Shown here one piece after another: positions 27,662 through 37,202 of a stretch of DNA of 64,000 nt (its first letter is position 1; the number at the start of each line of letters is the position of its first letter). The notes below the pieces were generated by a model. That model was not told where the DNA came from and searched no databases. It was given only the letters and a program-made list of their open reading frames with translations. The translations under genes were made by a program, and so were the position numbers. This DNA comes from Candidatus Iainarchaeum sp. (lineage in GTDB: Archaea > Iainarchaeota > Iainarchaeia > Iainarchaeales > GCA-2688035): the NCBI GenBank assembly GCA_002688035.1, contig NZBU01000005.1, positions 44,036-108,035 of the forward strand, in the 5' to 3' direction.

Positions 27662-28456
27662 CTATTCAAAGAATATTGCCGCATATCCAACAACACTGCT
27701 CTTATCTTTTGTTGTGCTGGCTGAAGTAGTATACTTTAAAAGCCTGGCTTTCTTCAAGCCATTCTTCTCACAGAAACACATTGTGGCAATTATGGGGGCA
27801 AAACCACAAATACTAAGGTTTTTTTCCATCACGAGAGCATGAAAACCAGTATAATCCAGTTTTTCAATCAGTTTTATGGCCTCTTTGTCCTGTTTCTTTG
27901 CCTCTTGTTCAGGGATGAAATGTGAGAAATCACTGCTGGCAACCACTCCAACTTCATTCCCCCCAATGCTCCATATTGCGCTTCCCAATTTTTCAAGCTC
28001 GTTGATTCTGTGGGTCATAATGGTTATTGGAACTATCTTTGCTTTTGGAAAAAGAAATTGGATAAATGGAATTTGCACCTCCAAACTGTGTTCTTGGATG
28101 TGGGCCAAATCATCCATTCCAATTCCAAGTTTTTCAAGTAGCTTGTTCCGCATTCTCAAGTCAACCGCGATCTTGCCAAGCGGTGTCTCCCAGTAATCTG
28201 CATCGCTTACACTTATTGGGTTGCCAAGCCCTGTGTGGTTCGGGCTGAGAACAAAAATCGTCTTTGTTTTCTTGAGGGCGCTAAACGCGATTGCTGCAGT
28301 CTTCCCACTGTAAGCATATCCTGCGTGCGGTGCGATAATACAGTTTACCTTTTTGGTTTTTGGGATTTTTGCAAAGAATTCTTTAAGTTGTGTTAGAATC
28401 AGTGTTTTTTCTCCGGGATAAAAGCTCCCGGCAACAGCGGCTTCTCTAATTTTCAT
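27662..28456 (-). CDS. MEMO1-family protein (AmmeMemoRadiSam system protein B)
   Basis: REAAVAGSFYP, IIAPHAGYAYSG, SSDFSHF motifs. ATGA overlap with rps2. Confidence 0.88.
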   Translation of the reverse strand: MKIREAAVAGSFYPGEKTLILTQLKEFFAKIPKTKKVNCIIAPHAGYAYSGKTAAIAFSALKKTKTIFVLSPNHTGLGNPISVSDADYWETPLGKIAVDLRMRNKLLEKLGIGMDDLAHIQEHSLEVQIPFIQFLFPKAKIVPITIMTHRINELEKLGSAIWSIGGNEVGVVASSDFSHFIPEQEAKKQDKEAIKLIEKLDYTGFHALVMEKNLSICGFAPIIATMCFCEKNGLKKARLLKYTTSASTTKDKSSVVGYAAIFFE

Positions 28457-29139
28457 CTACTATCTTTCTTGTCATAACTTCTTTTATTATCTCGCCTTGG
28501 CCTTTCTTTCCTGCTGTCTTCGCCTTCTTCGCCGCCTTCTTTCAATTCGTATTCAAAGTCCGCGAGCTTGTCGTCAAACTCTTCATCCGTTTTGATTGAA
28601 CCGTTCTTTTTGAGTATTTCTCTTGCCAACAGCCAATAAACCAGTGCAAGGCTCTTTCTTCCCTTGTTGTTTATTGGGATTATCAAATCAATGTCTCTAA
28701 GGTAATTATTTGTAGATGCCAATGCGACAACAGGGGCCTTTACTTTTATTGCTTCTTTTACCGCCTGGTTGTCAACTTCGGGATCTGCGACAATAACTAT
28801 GCTTGGCTCAATGAACTCTTTTCCAAGGGGATTTGTAAAAGTTCCTGGAACAAATCTACCGAGAATTGCTCTTGCGCCAATGGCTTTTGCAAATTCTTTT
28901 GTTGGTTTTTGACCATATGCACGCCTGCTTACAATAATCGCTCTCTCCAAATCAAAACCGGAAATGAACTCGGCGGCAATTCTAATCTTCACATCTATGT
29001 TTTCCACGTCAAGAACATTCAAGCCGTCTTTTCTTTTTTTGAATATATATCTCTTCATATCTCCTGTCTTGAATTTTGTGCCGATATGTGCACCTGTCTT
29101 CAAGTATTTGTCCAATGGAACTAATGTATTTTCAGCCAT
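28453..29139 (-). CDS. rps2: 30S ribosomal protein S2 (uS2)
   Basis: YLKTGAHIGTKFKT..VADPEVDNQAVKEA. Charged C-terminal tail. Confidence 0.95.
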   Translation of the reverse strand: MAENTLVPLDKYLKTGAHIGTKFKTGDMKRYIFKKRKDGLNVLDVENIDVKIRIAAEFISGFDLERAIIVSRRAYGQKPTKEFAKAIGARAILGRFVPGTFTNPLGKEFIEPSIVIVADPEVDNQAVKEAIKVKAPVVALASTNNYLRDIDLIIPINNKGRKSLALVYWLLAREILKKNGSIKTDEEFDDKLADFEYELKEGGEEGEDSRKERPRRDNKRSYDKKDSR

Positions 29140-29143
29140 GTTA

Positions 29144-29338
29144 TCATCTCTGGTACTTCATGATGTCGTCTATTAGATCTGCCTGTGTGAAAACCATTCT
29201 TCTGCAACAGTATCTTTTCACGCCAAGCTCATCCAGTGCTTTCTCTGGATTTTCTCCTTTCTTAACCTTTTCTTCAAAGGCCTCGTAAATACTTCCAATT
29301 ACTTTCCCGCAGGAAAAACATCTAACAGGAACCATCAT
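29144..29338 (-). CDS. rpoN: DNA-directed RNA polymerase subunit N (Rpo10)
   Basis: [26 protein letters not shown]. The 104-aa track ORF is trimmed to the conserved 64-aa protein that starts after the rps9 stop. Confidence 0.9.
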   Translation of the reverse strand: MMVPVRCFSCGKVIGSIYEAFEEKVKKGENPEKALDELGVKRYCCRRMVFTQADLIDDIMKYQR

Positions 29339-29354
29339 TTTTAACCACTCCCAT

Positions 29355-29783
29355 TTACCTCTTACTCTGTTGTTTTTTCTTTCTTGCACCTGGGCCAAGC
29401 GGTTTCTTACTTTCTTTTCGCCTGGCGTCATCAACAAGTAATAATCGATCATATGCAAGGAACTTTTCCTTTAACTTAGCGTCCTTGCTAAAGGTTACAA
29501 GGGCTTTTGCTATTGCACCTCTTGCTGCAACAGCTTGACCCATAAATCCTCCGCCACTGATTGTAACATCGATGTCAACGGTCTTTGCAACCTCTCCGGC
29601 CAAAGTCAAGGGCTCTTCAATAAAGGTCTTTACCCTCACAGGGGTTATTGTCTTCAAATTTAACTTGTTCAGCTTTATTTTGCCGTTTCCCTTTCTTATT
29701 ACAGCTCGCGCTACAGCGGCCTTCTTCTTCGCCTTAATATTAATGCCGGTCTTTCTTTTCTTCTTTTTCTTCTTCTCTACCAT
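29355..29783 (-). CDS. rps9: 30S ribosomal protein S9 (uS9)
   Basis: [39 protein letters not shown]. Start set at the ATG next to the rpl13 stop. Confidence 0.93.
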   Translation of the reverse strand: MVEKKKKKKRKTGINIKAKKKAAVARAVIRKGNGKIKLNKLNLKTITPVRVKTFIEEPLTLAGEVAKTVDIDVTISGGGFMGQAVAARGAIAKALVTFSKDAKLKEKFLAYDRLLLVDDARRKESKKPLGPGARKKKQQSKR

Positions 29784-29784
29784 G

Positions 29785-30207
29785 TTACCACGTTGCTCCC
29801 AAAAGTTTTGCAAGGGTTCCTAATACCATGTATTTCTTACTCTTGTCCACTTTTAAGGAATCAAGGTTCTCGAATTTTTTGTCTTTAAATTCTTCCGGAA
29901 CCGCTATAAACACTTTTACTCTGTGAAATGCCTCTTTTCCTGTTGTCCTCTTAGTTGGCAGCATTCCTTTGATTGCTCTCCTAAACAGTCTGTCAGGCAT
30001 CCTAATTGCCTTTGGGCCGTGCATTGGATTGCCTTTAACCGCAAGGTTTATTCTAGTTTGGAATTTGTGCAGCAAATCCTTTTTGTTTCCTGTGAGTATT
30101 GCTTTCTCTGCATTAACCACAACAACTTCTTCACCTTTGAGCGCGTTTTTTGCGCAGAAAGATGCAACTCTTCCTACTATGAGATCTTCTGCATTAATCA
30201 AAATCAT
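29785..30207 (-). CDS. rpl13: 50S ribosomal protein L13 (uL13)
   Basis: LINAEDLIVGRVAS..VVVVNAEKAILTG..MLP. Confidence 0.94.
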   Translation of the reverse strand: MILINAEDLIVGRVASFCAKNALKGEEVVVVNAEKAILTGNKKDLLHKFQTRINLAVKGNPMHGPKAIRMPDRLFRRAIKGMLPTKRTTGKEAFHRVKVFIAVPEEFKDKKFENLDSLKVDKSKKYMVLGTLAKLLGATW

Positions 30208-30220
30208 TTTTTTTATTCAC

Positions 30221-30586
30221 CTAACCAATAATTGCAATATCGTTTGTCTTAATTTTCTCGTTTATGGCATCACGAATGCTGAGTGCTTTTCCTTTCTCTG
30301 AAATCTTCTTCTTCGCGGCCTTGCTATATTCCAAGGCAATGACGTTAATTGGTTTTTCCAGAGTTCCAAATGATAAAACTTTTCCAGGGACGAGCAAAAA
30401 CTTTTTGCCCAGCTTCTGGTTAACTTTATTCAACTTCCAAACATTTACCGAGACGCGCTGTCTTCTTGGCTTCACTATTCTTTTGGCTATGTCTTTCCAA
30501 AATGCTTTCTTTTCTTTTCTGCCTGTTTTCTCAAGCAGGGCAACTGTTTGTAAGACTTCTCCGTTCTTTGGACCTTTATTCTTCAA
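30221..30586 (-). CDS. rpl18e: 50S ribosomal protein L18e (eL18)
   Basis: FWKDIAKRIVKPRRQRVSVNVWKLN..VPGKVL. It sits in the conserved position next to rpl13. Confidence 0.9.
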   Translation of the reverse strand: MKNKGPKNGEVLQTVALLEKTGRKEKKAFWKDIAKRIVKPRRQRVSVNVWKLNKVNQKLGKKFLLVPGKVLSFGTLEKPINVIALEYSKAAKKKISEKGKALSIRDAINEKIKTNDIAIIG

Positions 30587-30624
30587 TCAAAACACCATTT
30601 TTCTTATTTTTTCTTATATTTTTT

Positions 30625-30764
30625 TGCAGGAGGGAGGATTCGAACCCCCGAAGGCACTAAGCCACAGGATCGCTTCAAACCCGAGTTTCCAGTTCTTGGT
30701 GAAACTCCCTTTCGAGAGAAAGTTTCCTTAAGTCCCGCCCCTTTGACCGCTTGGGTACCCCTGC
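30625..30764 (-). tRNA. tRNA-Leu(UAA) with a ~56-nt intron at 37/38 (intron about 30671..30726)
   Basis: Hand-folded on the minus strand:
- acceptor GCAGGGG/CTCCTGC plus discriminator A73
- D arm CCC-AAGCGGTCAAA-GGG
- anticodon stem CGGGA/TCCTG with loop CUUAAG[intron]A
- long variable arm
- T arm GGGGG-TTCGAAT-CCTCC. Confidence 0.85.
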
Positions 30765-30771
30765 ATCACTC

Positions 30772-31359
30772 CTATTTTACCTTCTTAAGTTCTTTTTCAA
30801 ATTCTTTTACTTTTTCTTGTAATACTGAAACAGCCTTGTCCAACAGCTCTTTTGTTGTCAGGCTTCCTGTTGATTCTATTTCAAATGTGAAAGTCTTTTC
30901 GTCCTTGTCATCCTGTTTGTAAGAGATTACTGCGGGCTGCCACTTTGTGTGCTCTTTTCCACTCATCATGACTGCAGTCATCTCAAGTTTCAGCGTATGT
31001 CCTTTCCCTAGCTTCACAATCGGGATTTTCTTATCCGCTACTTCGACTTTTGGGTCTGTACTCTTAATATCCTTGCTGTACACCATGCACGGTCCTTCTT
31101 TCTCAAGTACAAGCTTTAGGCTTTCCCCTGGTTTGTAACCTTTTGCACTAGATTTTATTGGCAGCATTCCGAGTCTGTGTGAAACAAACTCGTCAAACAT
31201 CACTGAGTCATTCTCATATATTGCAACATTTTCTACTGCAAGAGTTGGAACATCTCGCATTACTGTTCTCCTTATGGAGTTGACAAATGAGGGGTTAGTG
31301 TCCTTTACTTCCAAGTATACTACACCTGTTTCTTCACCAACTTTTTTTACCGAAACCAT
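30772..31359 (-). CDS. rpoD: DNA-directed RNA polymerase subunit D (Rpo3), short form without Fe-S domain
   Basis: FVNSIRRTVMRDVPTLAVENVAIYENDSVMFDEFVSHRLGMLPI. It has a single Cys, so no 4Fe-4S motif. ATG 31359 follows AGGAAGTG. Confidence 0.9.
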   Translation of the reverse strand: MVSVKKVGEETGVVYLEVKDTNPSFVNSIRRTVMRDVPTLAVENVAIYENDSVMFDEFVSHRLGMLPIKSSAKGYKPGESLKLVLEKEGPCMVYSKDIKSTDPKVEVADKKIPIVKLGKGHTLKLEMTAVMMSGKEHTKWQPAVISYKQDDKDEKTFTFEIESTGSLTTKELLDKAVSVLQEKVKEFEKELKKVK

Positions 31360-31383
31360 AAATAACACTTCCTGCGTATTTTT

Positions 31384-31770
31384 TTATTTCTTTTTGCCCC
31401 TGAATCTCTTCTTTTTCCTACACCCATCATGCGGGATAGGAGTAACATTCTCAATGAACTTTATAATCAAACCGTTTCTTGTAAGACTTCTAATTGTTGC
31501 TTCACTTCCCGAACCAGGGCTGTTTGATTTGTTTCCGCCTTGCCCCCTCACTTTTACAATGACCTCATATATTCCTCGGTCCTTTGCTTTCTCTGCAATT
31601 GCCTCTGCGGCTTTCATTGCAGCATATGGGCTTCCTTCTTTGTGCTGGGCTTTCACAACTTCTCCGCCAGAACTCTTTGCGATTGTTTCTGCGCCTGTCA
31701 AATCTGTAAGCAAAATAATCGTGTTGTTATGTGAAGCATAAATGTGAATGATTCCCTTATTTGTTGCCAT
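31384..31770 (-). CDS. rps11: 30S ribosomal protein S11 (uS11)
   Basis: [41 protein letters not shown]. Confidence 0.95.
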   Translation of the reverse strand: MATNKGIIHIYASHNNTIILLTDLTGAETIAKSSGGEVVKAQHKEGSPYAAMKAAEAIAEKAKDRGIYEVIVKVRGQGGNKSNSPGSGSEATIRSLTRNGLIIKFIENVTPIPHDGCRKKKRFRGKKK

Positions 31771-32524
31771 TCTCTTTCACCTCTTTCTTATCCTCAGCTT
31801 TTTTTTCCTGCGTTTCCTCTTTGGTTTCTTCCTTTTTTGGTTTCTTCTCTTTCTTTGCCACTTCTTTTAATTTCTTTGCAGCTTCTTTTTTCTCTTTTGC
31901 AGGTGCAGTTTGAGTCTCTTTTGCCTCTGGCTTCTCCACTGCTTTGGCTTTTTCCTCTGCTTTGCCCTTTGCTTCTTCTATAGGCTTTGCCTCTTCAAAC
32001 TCTTTCTTAACGTCTTTCTTTGGTTCTTCTTCCTTTGGAGCAAGCTCCATTGGCTTTCCATAATAGCCAATCTTGCTTTCTTCATCAACAGTTACAAGAT
32101 AACTTGGGCTTGAAACTTTCTTTCCATCAATTGCAATATGCCCGTGAACAATAAATTGTCTGGACTGGCTTATTGTGTTTGCCAATCCTTTTCTCATGAC
32201 AATACTTTGAAGTCTTCTCTCCAGGAGACTGTCTGATGAGAGTGTCAAAACATCATCAAGAGTTGCCTTCTCGGTCAGGAGGCCAAGTTTTGCAAGGCTT
32301 GCCAGTAGTTCCTTTTCCCTTTTGAGTCTTTCCTCAAGTGGGCGCGCCAAAAGCTTTCTGGCATTCTCTCTTTTCTTTCGTAGGATGGTTTCGACCCTCC
32401 ACAATTCTCGCTTGTTCTTCAAACCATAGTTCCTAACTACTTCTCTTTCCTCGTCAAGTCGCTTCTTATCGAACGGCTTCTTGGGTGTTTCGTAGTGTTT
32501 TTTTGTTCTTTTCGGGTCGCCCAT
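31757..32524 (-). CDS. rps4: 30S ribosomal protein S4 (uS4) with ~90-aa K/E-rich C-terminal tail
   Basis: [19 protein letters not shown]4 domain [35 protein letters not shown], followed by a low-complexity tail that overlaps the rps11 start by 14 nt. Confidence 0.93.
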   Translation of the reverse strand: MGDPKRTKKHYETPKKPFDKKRLDEEREVVRNYGLKNKRELWRVETILRKKRENARKLLARPLEERLKREKELLASLAKLGLLTEKATLDDVLTLSSDSLLERRLQSIVMRKGLANTISQSRQFIVHGHIAIDGKKVSSPSYLVTVDEESKIGYYGKPMELAPKEEEPKKDVKKEFEEAKPIEEAKGKAEEKAKAVEKPEAKETQTAPAKEKKEAAKKLKEVAKKEKKPKKEETKEETQEKKAEDKKEVKENGNK

Positions 32525-32530
32525 TATTCA

Positions 32531-33082
32531 TCACTTTCCTTGCTTAGCGTCTTTCTTCATTACTCCAACAGCACTACCTTTTCCTCTGTGTGTGGACTTG
32601 GTGCGCTGACCTCTTACAGGTAGGCCCCAGCTCAATCTTAGTCCGCGGTAGGATTTGATTTCGTTGAGTCTCTGCAAGTCTTTTCTCAGTGTAAAGTCCA
32701 GGTCAGACATTATTATGTGGCTGTCTTGTCCTGTTTCAAAGTCTTTTCTCCTGTTAAATGTCCAGACAGGCAAACCATGCTTGCCTGGGTTTGTAACGAT
32801 GTCCTCAAGTGTCTTGTCAAACTGTTCATCCATTTTTCCCAACTTTGTTTCAAAGCTTTTTCCTGTTTCTTTTTCAAATACAATTGCCATACTTCTTGCG
32901 GCGCGCTGTCCAACTCCTTTGATGGCTTGGAGTGCTCTCCAAATTGGAAGTTCTCCGTTAAGGTCCTTTCCGGCTATCCTAACGATATATCTAAGGTCTT
33001 TGTCCATAGCCTTTTTTTCTTTTGGTTCTGCACTCTTTTCTTGGTATTCCTTTTTTGGTTTCTTCTCTTTTTTGTCACTCAT
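32531..33082 (-). CDS. rps13: 30S ribosomal protein S13 (uS13) with K/E-rich N-terminal extension
   Basis: RYIVRIAGKDLNG..ALQAIKGVGQRAA..YRGLRLSWGLPVRGQRTKS. Confidence 0.94.
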   Translation of the reverse strand: MSDKKEKKPKKEYQEKSAEPKEKKAMDKDLRYIVRIAGKDLNGELPIWRALQAIKGVGQRAARSMAIVFEKETGKSFETKLGKMDEQFDKTLEDIVTNPGKHGLPVWTFNRRKDFETGQDSHIIMSDLDFTLRKDLQRLNEIKSYRGLRLSWGLPVRGQRTKSTHRGKGSAVGVMKKDAKQGK

Positions 33083-33087
33083 TCAAA

Positions 33088-33315
33088 TCACTCTTTTAAA
33101 AGCCCTGCAATATCCTTTTGCGAAATACTCTTGTTAACTTTAACAACCTTGTTCAAGGGTATAAGATGTCTGAAGCTGCATTGCTTTTTCTTAACCTTTT
33201 CCCCAATAACAGTTGCAAAGCTTTTCTCTTTATCAAGATCTAACACTATGACTTTTTCACCGGTTTTTCTTCCCGCGGTTTTCACGCAAACTGTTCCTAC
33301 TTCAATTCCAGTCAT
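33088..33315 (-). CDS. rpl14e: 50S ribosomal protein L14e (eL14)
   Basis: KOW-like IEVGTVCVKTAGRKTGEKVIVL. Size and position (after L34e) match the archaeal L14e. Confidence 0.8.
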   Translation of the reverse strand: MTGIEVGTVCVKTAGRKTGEKVIVLDLDKEKSFATVIGEKVKKKQCSFRHLIPLNKVVKVNKSISQKDIAGLLKE

Positions 33316-33647
33316 GCTGAGTCCTCCTTGACCCCTAAGTATTTTCGCAATTTCAAATCAACATCCTTAATTTTTTTCAAATCATTCTCAACTTTTGCTT
33401 TCTCCACTGCAACAATTCTGCGGCACTTTGTACAAAGCACTCCGCCGAACGGAACGCTTGGGCGCCTCTGTGTTTTGCTGAGTTTTCTGACTTCGGAATC
33501 TTTCTTTCCATGTGGAACGCCCTGCAGTATTCCTCCGCAGACTCCGCACTGTCGTTTTGAAGTCTTTTCTCTAACATAATATTCTTTACTTCCCTTTGCG
33601 CTTCTTCGCTTCTTCTTCTTTTTTGTTTTCTGTCCCGGTGAAGTCAT
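33312..33647 (-). CDS. rpl34e: 50S ribosomal protein L34e (eL34)
   Basis: Basic N-terminus and a CGVCGGILQGVP...CTKC zinc-ribbon arrangement typical of L34e. Confidence 0.85.
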   Translation of the reverse strand: MTSPGQKTKKKKKRRSAKGSKEYYVREKTSKRQCGVCGGILQGVPHGKKDSEVRKLSKTQRRPSVPFGGVLCTKCRRIVAVEKAKVENDLKKIKDVDLKLRKYLGVKEDSA

Positions 33648-33649
33648 TT

Positions 33650-34120
33650 CTATTCCTTTCCTAATACTTTCAATACCATGTTCAAAACAATTCCAATACT
33701 AAATGAAGTATAAATATACCACCAAAGCCAACTTATTGCGCTTGTTATCTCAAAACTTAAATCCCTATGTAGTACTGGTACGGCCATTGGAAGCTGTATT
33801 AGTGCGCCTGAGTAAAGATATCCCAGTCCCCAAAACACTCCCAAAAATATTGGCATGGAAACAACCATGTGTTTCATTGTTCCCTGCATACTTTTACTCA
33901 TAAGCTCTAACATTTCTTTTTGCAGTCTCTCTGCTTCAGCCTTGCTTTGCTGATCCTCTCTTCCAACAAGCTCCTTGATTCTTTTCTGTTGTTCTTTCAT
34001 TTTCTCCTGGCTTGCTTTCATACCCTTTTTGTCCATGAGTTTTCTCTGCAGGATCTGGGAAATGCCACTCATAACTAGAGAAACCAATGCAATCTCTAGC
34101 ATTACATTACCGAAAACCAT
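33650..34120 (-). CDS. DUF106 / EMC3-TMCO1-like membrane protein (archaeal Oxa1/YidC-superfamily candidate)
   Basis: TM, then a coiled K/E/Q region (MKEQQKRIKEL..LQKEMLELM), then 2 TM. It sits in the conserved slot between secY and rpl34e. Confidence 0.8.
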   Translation of the reverse strand: MVFGNVMLEIALVSLVMSGISQILQRKLMDKKGMKASQEKMKEQQKRIKELVGREDQQSKAEAERLQKEMLELMSKSMQGTMKHMVVSMPIFLGVFWGLGYLYSGALIQLPMAVPVLHRDLSFEITSAISWLWWYIYTSFSIGIVLNMVLKVLGKE

Positions 34121-34220
34121 TCAGATACCTCCACGGTGGGAAAAACCCGCTTTTAAAAGCAGACTTAAGAGTATAAGATTTGTTGAAGCAATGGAATATA
34201 AATGCTTTGATACCACCCTT

Positions 34221-35585
34221 TCAACCCCCCATAAACCTTCCGAGCATTGGGTGCATCTCGGCAAGCTGCTCTTTTGCAAGTTCTTCATAAAGTCTATAAA
34301 TTATTCCAACCGTTAGCAGTATTCCTGTTCCGCTGGCAAGGGTTCCAAGCGCCATGTTCCCAAGCCCTGCAAGCAATCCAACGAAAATTGATCCCAGTAT
34401 AACTATTGTTGGAATATACCGGTCCAAAACTTTTTTCACTATTCTTGGATCTCTTCTAAATCCGGGGATATACATTCCGCTTCTCTGCAATTGTTCTGCA
34501 ACTGCTTCAGGGCTCTGGCTTCCCATCTGAACCCAAAATATTCCAAAAACAATACAAAATGCGATAAGTAAAATAAGATATATTACTGCCTGGAACATCT
34601 GTGGGGCCATTGTACTCAGGGTAACAAACAATCCTTCGGCACTAATCCTAAGAAGTATCTCTTGGAACAAGTTGAATGGGCTGTCTGTTGCCCACGCCGC
34701 CAAACCAAGTATTTGCCCAAGTATTGGCACGCTTGTTGCGAGCTGCGACCAAAGCTGTATGTTGATGAATAATGTTGTTGCAAGAATAACCGGCAGATTT
34801 GAAACATATAGAAGTTTTACTGGAAATCGACCTCCAGTTCCTCTCCGGCCCATTGTGATTGGTATGTTCACATGCATTCCTTCAGCAAACACTATAATCG
34901 CGAAGATCGCCAGTGCAACAATTATTGGCAGGAGCAATAGGAAATTTGCGCCAGTTGAAAGTGATGCTACAAACTGCAGTAGAACTCCACCTGGATCGCC
35001 AAGACCCACTGCCGGTCTGAATATCTGCCAGAAGAATGTTCCTGCCACTCCCCCCGCAATAAACAATCCAATGCCCGAACCTATTCCATGCTTGGACACA
35101 AGCTCGTCCATGTAAAGTAGAATTATGCTTCCAAGTGTAACCTGAAGTACAACAATCCAGAAGAATCCTCCTTTTGCAAGTAGTTGTCCACTTGCAACAA
35201 GTGCAAGGCCCTCAAAAAAGCACAGTGCAAGCGCAAAGAGCTTCTGCAAACCTTGGAATCTTGCTCGATCTCTTTGATCTGAAAGATCAATATTAATGAA
35301 TTTTCCTCCAACCAAAAGCTGTAAGATAATAGATGAAAGTACAATTGGACCGATTCCGGCACTAATAAGTGTACCCATATTACTTGCGATAATTGTCTGG
35401 AGTTGCTCCCAGTATGCAAGTCTCTGTGGTACAATACCCATGAGAGAAATCTTTCCCATTACAAAGAATAGCCCTAGAGCTACCGCACTCCACATTATTC
35501 TCTTATTGAGTGGGTTTTTTGTCTCCGGAGGCTTCACCTCAGGGAGTGCCCTGTAAACTGGCTCGAGCATATCGAGAAGACTCAT
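34221..35585 (-). CDS. secY: Preprotein translocase subunit SecY
   Basis: 454 aa with 10 TM. N-terminus LPEVKPPE..LNKRIMWS, plus GIGPIVLSSIILQLL and SGMYIPGFR motifs. Confidence 0.95.
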   Translation of the reverse strand: MSLLDMLEPVYRALPEVKPPETKNPLNKRIMWSAVALGLFFVMGKISLMGIVPQRLAYWEQLQTIIASNMGTLISAGIGPIVLSSIILQLLVGGKFINIDLSDQRDRARFQGLQKLFALALCFFEGLALVASGQLLAKGGFFWIVVLQVTLGSIILLYMDELVSKHGIGSGIGLFIAGGVAGTFFWQIFRPAVGLGDPGGVLLQFVASLSTGANFLLLLPIIVALAIFAIIVFAEGMHVNIPITMGRRGTGGRFPVKLLYVSNLPVILATTLFINIQLWSQLATSVPILGQILGLAAWATDSPFNLFQEILLRISAEGLFVTLSTMAPQMFQAVIYLILLIAFCIVFGIFWVQMGSQSPEAVAEQLQRSGMYIPGFRRDPRIVKKVLDRYIPTIVILGSIFVGLLAGLGNMALGTLASGTGILLTVGIIYRLYEELAKEQLAEMHPMLGRFMGG

Positions 35586-36043
35586 TTCGTTTTCTCCTCC
35601 ACGTCCTCAGTCTTTTCTTCTTTTACTTCCTTGAGTACTGAACCGCTTGCCTTAAGCTTTTCAAGTGCTTTCTTGCTTGCGGAAACGTTCTCAAAAATTA
35701 TTTTTGAAACAAGTGTGCCTCTGCTAACAATCTTTGAAAAACCAACTTTTTTACCATCAACAATTATTTCCGTTCCCTTTTGCTCAATTTTCTTTGCGGC
35801 AATCCATCCTGGGAGGAATTGTTCTATCTGGTCAAGGTTTAATGATGCGCCTCTTGGCTTTCCAATAATCTTTTTCTTCTGTGTACCAAATTCTCCAGAA
35901 TACTTGTTGAACTTGTGTTTGTGTGAACCTGCTCTGCCTCGTCCGCCCCTACTTCCGGCTCCTCGCCTGTTCTTTGTGTCTCCCTGTCCATGGGTTCTGT
36001 GACCACGAAGCGTGTTCTTCTTTTTTCTTCTTCTTACAGTCAT
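35582..36043 (-). CDS. rpl15: 50S ribosomal protein L15 (uL15)
   Basis: RGHRTHGQGDTKNRRGAGSRGGRGRAGSHKHK. Confidence 0.94.
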   Translation of the reverse strand: MTVRRRKKKNTLRGHRTHGQGDTKNRRGAGSRGGRGRAGSHKHKFNKYSGEFGTQKKKIIGKPRGASLNLDQIEQFLPGWIAAKKIEQKGTEIIVDGKKVGFSKIVSRGTLVSKIIFENVSASKKALEKLKASGSVLKEVKEEKTEDVEEKTK

Positions 36044-36053
36044 CTTAATACAC

Positions 36054-36509
36054 CTAAGTCATTTTTTTGATCAAAGCATTTATGTCATCGCTTCTGTATC
36101 CAAGAGCACCGCCAAGATGATGTGGCTTTTTTATTCCTGCTCTCTTGTGTCCTTTTTTTGGAGGACTAAGTCTTATAATTGGTTTCAGTCCTGCTTTCTC
36201 CAAGGTGGTTTTTCCGTCTAGAAGGCTTTTTGCAAGCTCTTCGAACGAACCGATTTTATTTTCCTTTAGGAAAGATTCATCAACCCTTTTGTTTCCTGTC
36301 AAGCGAGCTCTCTTCTTAAGCATTAAAGCGAGTGTGACCTCATTAATGTCTCCCCAAGTCAGAAAGCCCTGGGCTTTTTCAAGCATCTTCTTTTCGCTCT
36401 CTTTAACCAAAACAAGGTGATTGACTTTGTAAAGCCTGAGTAGTTCTAGTGTTCTCTTAATCTTTGGATTAAGGTCAACTTCTCCCCTGAGTCTTATTGC
36501 AGCAAACAT
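36054..36509 (-). CDS. rpl30: 50S ribosomal protein L30 (uL30)
   Basis: MFAAIRLRGEVDLNPKIKRTLELLRLYKVNHLVLV. Confidence 0.93.
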   Translation of the reverse strand: MFAAIRLRGEVDLNPKIKRTLELLRLYKVNHLVLVKESEKKMLEKAQGFLTWGDINEVTLALMLKKRARLTGNKRVDESFLKENKIGSFEELAKSLLDGKTTLEKAGLKPIIRLSPPKKGHKRAGIKKPHHLGGALGYRSDDINALIKKMT

Positions 36510-36512
36510 TCC

Positions 36513-37202
36513 TTATCTTCTCTCCATCTTTTTGGTTATTGCATTGCTCGCTTTCATTTTTGTTGTTTTGCTTAGAGCGTCAATTGTTGCCCTGATAAAA
36601 TTTAGTTTTGTTGATGTTGCACCCGTTACTTTGCACCAAACATCAGACACTCCTGCAAAGCGCAACACATCCTTTATGTTATCCCCCACAACAAGGCCTA
36701 CGCCTCTAGGTGCTGGCAAAAGAGTTATCCTTGCAGCAGCATTCTTTCCACTTACTCTGAATGGCACAGAGTGCTGTATACTACAGGTACACTCCCAGCT
36801 ACCGCAGCTTCGCGCAATCTGTACAAGATTAAGTTTTGCTTTTCTCGCAGCCTTCTTTACTGCAGGCCATTTCTCAGCGTCTTTTGCTGTTCCAAGCCCG
36901 ATTACTCCATTTTTATTTCCAACAAGAACGGCTACCCTGAAAGAGAATTTTCTTCCAGCTCTAACCACTCTTGTGGTTTTCTTAACGTCAACAACTGTCT
37001 CTTCGAGGTTAAGCAGTATGTCAATTATTTCTGGTTCTTGAACAGGCGTGTTCTCCTTGAAAATTTCCTCTATGGAGGTTATTTCTCCAGCTTTGACCTT
37101 TTTCCCAAGTCGTGTTTTTGGGATCCAGGCTGTTAGTTCCTTCTCTTTTTCTTCGGCCGCTCTGCTTGCTCTAAGCTCCGGGTCCATTGGGGTTCTTCTC
37201 AT
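36513..37202 (-). CDS. rps5: 30S ribosomal protein S5 (uS5)
   Basis: WIPKTRLGKKVKAGEI..RVVRAGRKFSFRVAVLVGNKNGVIGLG..PAPRGVGLV. Confidence 0.95.
   Translation of the reverse strand: MRRTPMDPELRASRAAEEKEKELTAWIPKTRLGKKVKAGEITSIEEIFKENTPVQEPEIIDILLNLEETVVDVKKTTRVVRAGRKFSFRVAVLVGNKNGVIGLGTAKDAEKWPAVKKAARKAKLNLVQIARSCGSWECTCSIQHSVPFRVSGKNAAARITLLPAPRGVGLVVGDNIKDVLRFAGVSDVWCKVTGATSTKLNFIRATIDALSKTTKMKASNAITKKMERR

Noticed and set aside
29339-29458. N-terminal extensions of several track ORFs: RpoN as 104 aa, Bud32 as 220 aa, aIF5B as 611 aa, SppA as 319 aa, and S9, S17, S3Ae, L24 and RpoD with extra residues.
   Set aside because: The extensions overlap the preceding gene or begin at GTG/TTG inside the SD element. 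Conserved protein N-termini, together with an SD at proper spacing, support the downstream ATGs.
34150-34175. The 12-nt perfect palindrome GCTTTTAAAAGC upstream of the DUF106 gene, considered as an operator.
   Set aside because: It is AT-rich and may simply be the TATA region of the internal promoter. It occurs only once and has no partner site.
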